Position numbers and translations under genes: made by a program
The notes under the pieces: model-generated
The model's database searches: none
Told to the model about the DNA's origin: nothing
What the model saw: the letters and a program-made list of their open reading frames with translations, nothing else
Shown: piece after piece, positions 1-11,000 of the stretch
Numbering within the stretch: the stretch's first letter is position 1
Layout of the letters: each line of letters opens with the position of its first letter
NCBI RefSeq assembly: GCF_964194025.1
Contig: NC_134473.1
Span: forward strand, 3,782,001-3,846,000
DNA length: 64,000 nucleotides
Direction of reading: 5' to 3'
From: Convolutriloba macropyga
Lineage: Eukaryota

Positions 1-800
1 CAAAAGTTTCCTGTGACTCGACACTGAAAAGGGGAAATTACGCTTCAGGAAGTTAAAAATTCTGTTGCATTTTAGATGCTTTGAATCTAGGTGAGCTTTC
101 CAGGATAGCGTACTAGACACAATAAAACCCAAATCTTCAATTTGGTTATTGAAAGGTAAGTAGTCCGACCCTAGAAAAAATTTAGCAGAATTATGCCCAC
201 CAAAATTAACAGCTTTGGAAATGAAGACCATTTAAATTACACCAATTAAATAGGTAATTGATGTCCTCCTGCACAAGGGAGAACGATGAGGTGCTGAAAA
301 TTTTCAGGTCATCAGCAAAAAGGTAAAAACAACTGTTTGCCACATCATCAGCAATGTCATTAACGAAAATAATGAATAACAAAGGAACAAGCACGCTGCC
401 CTGAGGAACTCCTGAAGTAACCGATAAACGAGAGGAAAAACATTGGTTAATTTTTACACACTGAGAACGGTTCGTTAGATAAGCGTTAAAAAGGTTGAGA
501 AAAACTGAGTCGAAACCAAAATTCACAAGCTTAGACAAAAGTATTTGATGGGACACAGAGTCAAAAGATTTTCTTACGTCGAAATAAATAGAAATGGCAG
601 GAGAATTGGTATCACGAGCTGAATAGACAGAATAAAGATACATTATCACCTGACTTATTGTACTACGTGACTTCATGAATCCATTTTGTTCACGTTTGAT
701 TTGATGCTTTATCTTCGGGTACAAAAAATTGAACAATAATCTTTCAAGTAACAAGGAAAGTTTAGGGAGGATGCTAATGGGACGGTAGTTAGAAATCTTG
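1..800 (-). mobile_element. 5'-truncated, frameshifted non-LTR retrotransposon (CR1/L2/Jockey-group) RT fragment; runs off the window edge
   Basis: ORF 206-754 has RT motifs FDVRKSFDSV, GVPQGSVL and FADDLK. NYRPISIL lies upstream at ~770-800, and the thumb region (IEDLGFIVSSTLSW) continues in another frame to base 1. Confidence 0.9.
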
Positions 801-2182
801 CATAAATTTGAGCACTGTGTTTTGAGGATGTGCTTATTGTTTGCTTGATAATGACGGATAATAAAAAAAAGAAAACATTAAATTCCAAAATGTTACACAC
901 CTTAAATGTTTCAACAAAATGGCAATGCACAAATTCTAAAATACATAAAACAATTAGAATATATTTTATTTACAATGTTTGGAATACTGAAAAAATAAAA
1001 AAATATTTTGGATAACAAGGAAATTAAAAACAATGAAAAATTGAAAAAGGTCCCTCAACAAATCTCTGTATTCCAATGCGTTTGGGTCCTTCATATATTC
1101 CTTGAAATAGAATTCTGTCAAAAAACCTTTGATGTTTTTAACCATATCGAGTTTTTGTCTTTGTTCATATGGAAATTCCTTGTACAATTTCATGGCTTGC
1201 AGCATCAATGATTTGTCGAGGAATTCCGAATTACTTTTTATAGCCGGATAAATTTTTCCCGTTCTCGCATTCTGTTTACAATTGGAAGTTTGCAATACAT
1301 TGTTGTTACTAAGAGCTGGTAATTGTTTCCTAACATATTTCAAGAAAAAAACCATTCATCGATATTTGAGAAGGAATTCAACAGGCATGATTCTGTTCTT
1401 TATATTTAAATCAGTCGAGCGATCATACTTTTTTCTTTTGAAACACACTTTTATTCCCCAATTAAGTTGTTTTTCTAATGTTATCCTGAGATTTTTTCTG
1501 ATACCAACAAGCATAAGAGATGAGTATTGAATGTGACTTAAAACAAGCGCGTTCAATAGTGTTACTCTAGTTTTTATAGGAAAACAGTTCCTTATATCTT
1601 TCAAGATTTTGATGCTGCACGCCATTCTGGAGAGTATTCTTTTGATCTCTTCTTTGAAGTTTAATTTGTTGTCTAATATTATTCCTAGATATCTTACAGA
1701 CGAAGATTCTCCTATGTTCACATTGTTAACATTGAGATAAGACGGAGTTCGTGCTTTTTTTGATGGAGCAAACACGATATATTCTGTCTTCTTATTGTTC
1801 ATCATTAATTGATGTGATTGGAAGTAATAACATAGTTTTTCAATATTTTTTTCCAAATAACTTCTGGCTATATTTTCATTAGTATGAGAAGAATAGAGAA
1901 AAGTGTCATCGGCGTACTGGATTACTTGACAATTGTCATTATCAATAGCTCTATGAAGATCATTCACATAAATGTTGAACAATATTGGTCCTAATACTGT
2001 CCCTTATTGGTCCTAATACTGTCCCCTATTGGTCCCAATACTGTCCCTCATTTCCCGAGAAAACTTTGAGTTCTATCTTTCAAATATGATCTAATCAATT
2101 GTGTAGATGTTCCGTCGAATCCTAAACATTTCAATTTTTCTATTAGTATTTCGTGTGAGATTGAGTCAAATGCTTTTGAGAG
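801..2182 (-). mobile_element. 5'-truncated CR1/L2-like LINE: RT, C-terminal region and 3' UTR
   Basis: ORF 1356-1982 has YADDT and YLGIILDNKLNF. ORF 966-1355 is the frameshifted C-terminus. LSKAFDSISHEILIEKLKCLGFD is readable at ~2100-2182 and GTVLGPI at ~1983-2048. Confidence 0.88.
1983..2048. repeat. 22-bp tandem repeat x3 (TATTGGTCCTAATACTGTCCCT) inside the LINE RT
   Basis: Three near-identical adjacent units. The reverse complement encodes the RT motif GTVLGPI. Confidence 0.9.
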
Positions 2183-5182
2183 CTTCAAAGTATTAATAAT
2201 TACTTTGAAGCTCAAAGTCAGCAGATTGATGTAAGAATCTCTATTTGGTCAGGATACTTTGATCAGGTTGCTTCGTCACGCTTGTGTTGTGCGTTGTGAC
2301 ATCAATTACGTAGATAAATAGGCAATGTTTTGAGTAGGGGCTTTGTCACGCCGACAATTAACCACGCAGAAAAGATTTGTAAGAACTTTGAGGATTTCAA
2401 TCAGTTGTGGGACAGTGTGTGGGATGTATTGCTCCACCGTTAGTGGTGCGCTGTTATAATTGAGATTTGGTTAGATCAACAGCTTCAGCTTTTGTAACAG
2501 CTACAGTTTTTTGAACGACGCAGAAATGGAATATGGGTTAAATTTTATTGTTGGTTTTAGCACCATGATATGACTGACAAAATCTAGAGACTGTTCCCAC
2601 AATGGGAGCGGATTGTAGCGAGTACTTGCTACAACTCATTTTTAACGTAGGCGACGTTAAAGACATCGATGCTGACCAACTAAATGTTAGAATTCAAAAT
2701 AAGACGATTTTGAAACTCAGCTGCGAGGTTTGTCAAGCATCCAGCAGAAGTTGTGGGGTTGCGTGAGTAGCATGTCCCCTTCACTGGGCCTCTTTTTTGG
2801 AAGAAATCATTAAAGGGTTCTCAAAAACTGCCGAGATTCATTTAAACTGACACTTTTTATTTATTTTTATTTGTTAATGAATATTTTTTTTCCTTTAGAT
2901 GAGTAATCTTTCAGTAAAAGGTTAAAGCAAAGATCTTAGCATCATGTATTTAGATCTAAAATATCGCTTTTGTATGTTGTTGTAGTGGTAGGAAAATATT
3001 TTGGAAAGTTAGTATCGGGGCCTCAGTCCCTTCATTGTAAACAAGGCTTTATTTTCTGATACGGATTAATATTTCAATATGAGCGTAATATTCTCCATGT
3101 GCATGGTTCAATTTCGGTTTCAAATTTTGTGATTACTATTTCAGTGTCCACAAATTTTTGGATTATATTACTAGATTTTTTGCCGTCCCATTCCAGTAAT
3201 ATTCATCGGTTTCTCTTAAGCGGTTTGTTCCTAATTTCAGCTGCTGGTTTTGACGAGTGATTCGTTCTTTTCTCTGGGGCAGCTTGTTCGATTCGAGACC
3301 GTAGTTTCCGTTTTTACTTTAGGAAAAGTAGGCCGTGGAGTACACAATAGATCGAGAGCGGGAATACAAAGCCAAACTTCTCGATCTATATTTTGTCTAC
3401 TTCAGGCTGCGTTACGATGAAAACAAAACGTGCTCTTGGCGAATTATGTGTGGGTGCAACAACTGCAAGAACGTGAAAAAACTGAATTTTGTTGTCTAAT
3501 AAACTGAACGACACAAACTGGGGTTAATGTATAACCCTTGGATTTATTCCTAAATTCTGTTTTATTATTATCATTATTATTCATTTTGATTAATCGGTTT
3601 TTGTAGTCAAGATCCTTGCCGCATATCCACACCGAAGCCTTCATCCTTTTCAATGCTTTTCTTTTCAGTTTTGGTGTAGATATGATACTAGAGATGTTTC
3701 ATTTACAACTCAGACAATTTTAGAAGCGAAATTTTTTCGAAAAGAGGAAACAATATTTGAAAATGATCATTTCTTTGTTGCCGGAACACAATATATCTGT
3801 GAAAACAAAAATCATCGGTTGCACAAAGCGCAATCATTACATGAGACATAAAAAATATATCATAATTTGTTTAATTCAGGAGCTTAAATGAATCAACGAA
3901 AAGAGCTTCTATTGCAATCGGGAGAAAAATTGCTAAACTGCTATATAATTACTTTAACCAGTCCTGTCTTTTCTGTTCCGTTATACTGACCTTGAGCGTG
4001 GATTTTTAACATCACTGTAAGATATAATCTAACTAAAAACGGATTTTTTCCTTAGAAATTGGTCGCAAGAAAGGATGGAAGAAAAAACTATGCAAACGAT
4101 TATACGCTATAGACAGAAAACAGAGATACGCAATTTTTGTTTTTCCGATGTAGTTGCTCTTGTTGATAAGGTTTCTTTCTAAAAGTCTGATACAAAAATT
4201 ATTTATTTTGATATTGCTACAAAGGAAAAACTCAAGGAGCTTCTTTCATTGGGTGATAAATGGTACTGATGTGAGTTTCTGTGAGCAGATTTAAAACTTG
4301 AAAATTTACAGCTCTTGACACAAATCTGAAAAACAGAAACGACAGAGGTCGTTTTCATCCGATGTTGGGGTATCTGGTTGGTTCTCTGCGCGTTAAGAGG
4401 ACAGCTACGCTGATATCATGTCACATCTAGGGTAAAAATCAACTTCGCTCTCCGCCGTCCTCTGGATTTGAGACTCTAGGACAGACTCTAGGACACTTAA
4501 GCGGCGCAAAATTGTTGATACTTCAACGGCAGCTGTTGCTGAAGAAGGGAGACTTTTAGTTTGAATCATCTCTTTTCGCCATTGGCTGTTTGTTTTCAAG
4601 AGCTCTCCAACAACTTTCTCAACTGATGTTTGTGTAATATTTTTTTATTCATTCTACTGACAGACTGAAAAAATACGAAATCAAGACGCAGTGTCAAGAC
4701 GGTACAGGACCAGTGTTTAGCAATTGTTGGGGAGGTGCATTTCTTAATTTAGCTTTTTTCAAGAAACTGTTATCGTAGTAAAGGAGACATGTATGTTTTG
4801 TGTCTGTGTCTATCGATACATTTAACCACTGAAACGATGCATTTTTCTCCGTCTCTGGTTTCAATGCCGATAATGTGCCACAGGATGATGGTACTGCTAT
4901 CTTTGACCAATGTTCATTTCAAAGATCATTTTGAATTTTTTTTGGAATCTGCTGGTTGGGTCCACCAATACCAGTAGACGATGACAATTGATTTTTGTCA
5001 AGTGAGGCTAGGCAATTGTAGATATTCCGTAAACTACTTGCTCCAATATGGACCATTTTGTAACTAGTCTCTAGAAAAGTTTTGTAAGTGACTTTCAACA
5101 CTGGTGCTGTCGGCATATTTAATCTATTTAATCATTTATTACTAATTGAATATTCTAGGGCTACGTTCAACTTCAGAAAGTG

Positions 5183-5695
5183 ATGAGTAAGCGATCTTCG
5201 GTTCAACTTATTGAACGGGACGAGCCTTCGTTTATTAAGAAATTCAAAGAGAAGACTGGGTTTGTTGAACCTTCAAATGTTGATGCTAAGTTCAAAAATC
5301 ACGACGACAACCAAGATGATTCTGTAGTAGACACGGTTGAAGATCTGCCAACCATTGAAGTCCTTCCTGGAAAATTAAAAATTAGCCCCGAAGAGCTAAA
5401 GAAAGTGCAAGAGCAATTAGCCGAAGCCTGTCGGTCTTCTGCGAAACCTGACAACAGTGAAGGCAGCAAAGATGATCAGGAAGTTGTTTTGACTGAAAAA
5501 AATGACAGTGGTAAATTCAAGTTTACAGCCCCCAACAGAGCACCAAACAAAATTGTCAACAAACATTCATCCTCTAATGCAAACAGAAAAAAGGAAATAG
5601 ATAGCTTATTATCCAACAGAACTGAAACATCATCAAACGTATCGAATAAAAGTTTGTTATCATTTGGCGACGAGGACGAAGAAGAAAGTGACTAG
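5183..5695 (+). CDS. KIAA1143: KIAA1143 / DUF4604 homolog, 170 aa, no intron within the CDS
   Basis: The N-terminus MSKRSSVQLIERDEPSFIKKFKEKTGFVEP and C-terminus NKSLLSFGDEDEEESD match the conserved ends of KIAA1143 proteins as I recall them. ATG is at 5183, and a branch-point-like ACTAAT plus TTCTAG acceptor ends at 5158. Confidence 0.88.
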   Translation: MSKRSSVQLIERDEPSFIKKFKEKTGFVEPSNVDAKFKNHDDNQDDSVVDTVEDLPTIEVLPGKLKISPEELKKVQEQLAEACRSSAKPDNSEGSKDDQEVVLTEKNDSGKFKFTAPNRAPNKIVNKHSSSNANRKKEIDSLLSNRTETSSNVSNKSLLSFGDEDEEESD

Positions 5696-5935
5696 CGATT
5701 ATTTTTCGGCAAATATTGTAGCAGTCCTCAGTTGTTCAGGCGAAGAATCGGATCGTTGAAGGCGGTGAGAGATGATGTAATTAAAATTAACTTTTGAAAC
5801 TCATGAAACGGTCTGTACAAAGTTAAATATAGAGTTTAGTATGTCCCCTGACGATGTTTTCAATATTTCCCAAAGTTCGGTTTTGAAACCTACAGACAAT
5901 GTATCAACTTTAGCAGGAATTTAATTGACCATTTT

Positions 5936-6294
5936 TAATTGCTCTTGAACGAAGTTGATAGCAATTATTGTAAACATATTGGTCCCTTTTTATGCAAATT
6001 TTTCGCTTGACAATTTTGAGCTTTTCTTCTAGAACACTCTTTGACTTCTCAAGTGACCTTTTTCACGCTTTCGGTCTTCATTTTTGTGCGATCTCTATTG
6101 CTCTCACTCTCAAGTAAAGCTTATTGCTAATATAAATTGATTGCAGCATATCAAAATGAAGTGTCTGATGGCCCAGCGGGCAGTCCATTTGGTTAGTGAT
6201 CGGGAGGTCAATGGTTTGAATCACGGCATGGTCAAAAAAATTTCCACCCGCTTGTCGTTCGAGAGCATTTTTTTCCGACATTAGTCGGTTTATG
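5936..6294 (+). mobile_element. HINE family A (Helentron/DINE-1-like non-autonomous element) with a degenerate tRNA-like cassette
   Basis: 5' subTIR TAATTGCTCTTGAACGA, 3' subTIR TCGTTCGAGAGCA (6255-6267), terminal hairpin CCGAC-atta-GTCGG (6275-6288), T-rich flanks. Homologous to 25280-25671. Confidence 0.7.
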
Positions 6295-6473
6295 TTTTTC
6301 AAATTAACCTAGTAAAATTAAAGAATGAAGTAGCACATAGGGTTTAATAAATTGCATGCAATAAAGCTAGGTGGCACCGATGAAATGTACAAACGTACAG
6401 TTTCAAAATAAATGAAGCAATAATCAATTTGCTAAATCTTTACATGATTAGAATATTTCAGAAATGTTTCCAA

Positions 6474-8005
6474 ATGGATTTAGAACTGAGAAAATTGCGG
6501 AAGAAGCTGCGAGCGATTGACAGGCTTGAAACACATTCCAATTTGACTGTTGATGAACAAAACAAATTGACATTACGACCTCAAATTCAAGCACGCGTTG
6601 CAGAAATTTTATCAGAAATTCAGTTTCACGAGCCTGAAAAAAGTGTTTCGAGTAACAATAATTTGTCAAATGATGATTTGGGTTCTGGAGACACAGAACT
6701 GGATAAGAAACGAAAAAGTGTCGAAGTTTCTGCAGGTAATGTCAAGTGAAAACAAGTTTTGGAGCGCTTAATGGTTTCTTTATTCAAGACTAAGCAAATA
6801 ATGCTGAGCGAAACAACTGGTACACTTTCAAAGTTCCAGATCCGTTGTTGGTGTCTGTTGTATTGGGTGAAGTGAGAAGAAATTTGGTTATTTGAAATTT
6901 TCACGAATTGTCATTTCGTTTGCTCACAAAAAAATCATGTTGCAATAATCACTCGGAACAGACAGATATAATTTTGTCGTAATCTTGAGTGGAGTTAGTT
7001 AACTCATTTAAGACGTATGTTAACATGGTTACCGCTTTATTCTGCTCTCAATTTTTTGCGATTGATTAATTATGCGTCGATTCCTAGTCTGACCACGGGA
7101 TAGTCTGAGACCTTCTAATTGATGATGAGTAACAAGACTTGAGACTCCTTGTTATGCTTGTACTGTCATCATGTTATATAAAGACAAGATCAGATTTAAA
7201 CTTCTCTCATAAAATTTACAAAAAATGGAATTGCTTTCTGTTAAGTGCTGACAAATGCAGAAGAGCCTCAAAACCGGTGAAATTATTCCTTAATTCATCT
7301 ACAGGTTGAGATCATACAGACTATCTCTAACCAGTGAAAAAAAAATTGCTACCGGTTTTATACCACGGGAAAACGAAATAGCTGATTTGTGGAGCTAGTC
7401 TCACGAAAGTTTGAAAAGTTGCAAACGAAAAAGGCCGTGGGCAAAGGGCAGACCAGTCATATCATCCAAAAAGAACTGGTACTACGCTTTCTAAGGATTA
7501 ATACGACACTAATATTGGTGTCATTGACGTAATTGTTATATCATTAACCGAATAAATCGAAATGTTAGTTATGGCTGTTAGTTATGTTAGTTATTAGCGT
7601 GATTCTCTGTCATTCGGTCGCAACAGCACAATGACACACGATCATTATTAACTAAATTAGGTAGAGCCGCTCAGTTTATTTCCATTTGACCATTTTCTGA
7701 ACTAGCTATCTCAGCTCTATTTTATCAGACGTTAGTGGTCTACAATCCAGAAATTGTTTCGTTTCAGAGCGGACGAAATTTCTGAAGCTCTCCGATAAAG
7801 AGCCAGTGATAGACGAGGCATTGAGCGGTGTTGATGATGAGGTCACAGAGAATGAAGAGGCTGTAAACGAAACAGAAATTGATGATCACGTTTTTTCTGT
7901 GGATCCGGTGCCAGTAACATCTGATGTTCGGCCTGACGGTATGCTTATATTCAGAACTACCGATTAAAATCTGAGATTGAACGATCGAACTTCAAATATA
8001 TAGAG

Positions 8006-8058
<53 letters not shown>

Positions 8059-11000
8059 ATATTCCGTGATGGTTTACTCGCTCGCAAATTCCGTTGCGTT
8101 AGGATTTTTGGAGCGTAATCGGTTATTATTTACCACAAGGCACGTGTGGTCGCTATAAATAATGTTTTTTTTAAAAAAAATACGTTATCAATGAATGGCT
8201 GCAAATTTAAATTTTCAACTCCAGAATTTTTTTGTGCAGCAGCTACTGGAATATTCGACCACAGCCATAACTAACATTTCGATTTATTCGGTTCATGATA
8301 TAACAATTAATGCTATCATTTTTAGTAAATGTCCAACAAATGTCACAACCTGACAATGGAAGCGAAAGGACCAGTAATTCGAATTCTCAACCGAAAAAGA
8401 ACCCAGGCGCTTCGTGGAAAGCCGATGTTAATTTGGCGGAGTTGAAAAAGTTAAAATGGAAAGGTCGACATATGGACGGACACAACGACACTGTGTTTTG
8501 TATCGACTCAGACGGGGAATACGCGATCACTGGCAGGTATAACTTTTTGGTCAAAGATCGTATAATAATGGTTTTGAAGTGCTCACATCTACCGTTTATC
8601 TTTACTGCGTGTAAAATTTCAGCTTTACTGCTGGAATGATGAAAAGTTGAATTCAGATTATTAATAGCCGCCCTCACCTTCTCAGCCGGCTATTATAGCG
8701 TTCCTATTGTTTTTTACGACTCGAAGAGGAGTATTGGATTTCTTAAGGTTTTTTTTTTTACCGGAAGTACTATTCGTTCAGACGCTGTTTTGACCTAAAA
8801 GCGAAACTGAGAAAAATTGCCGTGTGAACTAATTTTTTCTGAGCGAGAGAAGTTTTTTGATCATGCGCTGCGTTTAGTGAATGACTTTTTGACTTTGAAA
8901 AGTAGTTTTTGACTGAATGGCACATATAGATAACCGTTTTTAGCCGTTTTTTCGTCTAAGTGGCCCATTTTTTTGCTTGTAATTTGGTTTTTTGTAGAAA
9001 TGATGTTTATTCAATGCTATTTTGAAATTTAAACCTTGGAAATTAATAGCACAGTGTTTTGAAGAGCCTAAAAACGCGTTTCAAGTTCAAAATTGGCATA
9101 AATTTCTTGATTTTTTAATTAATTTTTGGCTTTTTTCCTATTATTTTCATTTTTGGATCTTTTAGCCGTATTTTTGTCAAAAATCAGTCAATATGACAAC
9201 TTTTCGTTGACAATTCATTTACTCGATGCCTCTTTTTACCTCGATGTAATTTTGTTTTATAAAATTGTACATTTGCTAATCCAATTTTGGTAGTTTTTTT
9301 CCTATTTTTCTCAGTTTTTTGTCTGTATTTTGGTTTTGATTACTAGAAATATTCTTTTTGTGCAACATGAGGCGCTTTAATTTCGTTTCAATTCAAACGT
9401 CAATAATTTTTTAGCGTTAAATTTCTGAAAATTAGTTAAATTTTTATAAATGCAGTCCTAAAAATTTTGACCTTTTTTTGAAATATGTTTCAATGTTTCG
9501 TATGTTTGATTTCTGCTTTTTCTTTTTTTTATCTTTTCAGGAGGATAGATTTTTGTCTCGATTGTATCGTTGTATTTTCTATTTCTCGAATGCTGAAAAA
9601 TGAAATGGTGTTAGTTTTTCTTGTTTTTTAAATTTGATTTTTAAACTTTCAAAACTTTTAAACTTTGATTTGAACTTTCAAAAATCAAGAATTAGTCTTT
9701 ATTAGGGTGTTCCTTACATTGTGTCCATATTGTTCACATTTTAGCTTGTATCATTCTAGCTCTGTCCCGGCACCTACATTTATACTGGTTTTATTGATTT
9801 TTTCAGTTATTAACAAATTGAATGATTTCGGCTTTTTCTTAGATTTTCGTCATTTCTTTGGGTTGCAATTGATTTCATTCAACATAAGGCAGTACTAAGA
9901 GTTTACTAGAAAGCCTTTTCCAGAATTTACTTATTACTTTTTATTGTATTTTTTTCCGACCTTGGTATTGTTCTTAAACATTTTTTGCCTTTAAATATTA
10001 CTCGGTTGCTTTTCTATGATTGTTTTAATTTTTGAATTAGTTTGAAATCATGTCTAGCTTATATACAAGAAGAAAAAGTATATGTTGTTTTTGTCTGAAT
10101 TGCAGTGATGAGAAATCTAACTGTTTTAGTTTTCTGATTCCTAACTTTGAGCATTATTTTTTGAAAAATTTACTTTAGTTTCTAAGTTATTATTATCTGC
10201 CGTTTGCTTTAGCGATCTTTTTGAGATTAGAATCATGAATTATTTGAGGGCAGTTGATAGCCCTCTCAGCTTTTTGAGACTATCAGTCTTTTGACTATCC
10301 TAATTATTTTGCACTTATCCTTACCAAACGTTTTCAATAAAAAATATTTTTGCGGCATTTTGCTTCTCTTGGTGACAGTGGTTTAAATTTCACCAATTTT
10401 TAGATCAGAGCTGGGTAGGTAATGAGTTAATGGTTGCATACAAAAGTTAACAGCTTCAGCTGCCGTTTCGGTTTCTTTGTGAAGTTTTGACGTTTCGAGT
10501 CGCTTCCGGAATTCTTTCGGCTATGTTTTTGTTCTCACAAAAATGACTTTGTTTGAAATGGTTTTTTATTTACTTTAATTCAAAGAGATAAGGTCAAATG
10601 GGTGTGTGTCACCCTAAATGAAGGTTATTAGAGAGCAGCTAATAGAGGCAGCAAAAACTTGTACAGATTATAAATCAAAATATAACATATCAGCCTTGAA
10701 TGAAAAGACGAATTTTTTTTGGTCTGTCTTTTTACTGTTTTTTTTTGAGACTGCAGATCTACGAAGCTATTGCGGCTATTTTCTGGCAATCTGCCAGCTA
10801 TTTTTCTAAATTTACTGTTAAGTCTTTTGCTTTTTCAGAGAATTTTATAAGCCTTTTGCATTTAACATGTAGAGAATTTTATAAGGCTTTTTGGATCTTT
10901 TCCGTTTGTGCCCCCATCTTAGTGGGTGCATATTATTTGATAAATTTAATTTAGTTTCTAAGTTATTATTATCTGCCGTTTGCTTTAGCGATCTTTTTGA

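Noticed and set aside
2651-2762. Coding exon of an upstream gene
   Set aside because: It has plausible splice sites and one open frame, but no compatible neighbouring coding exon or recognisable motif. It may be a UTR exon.
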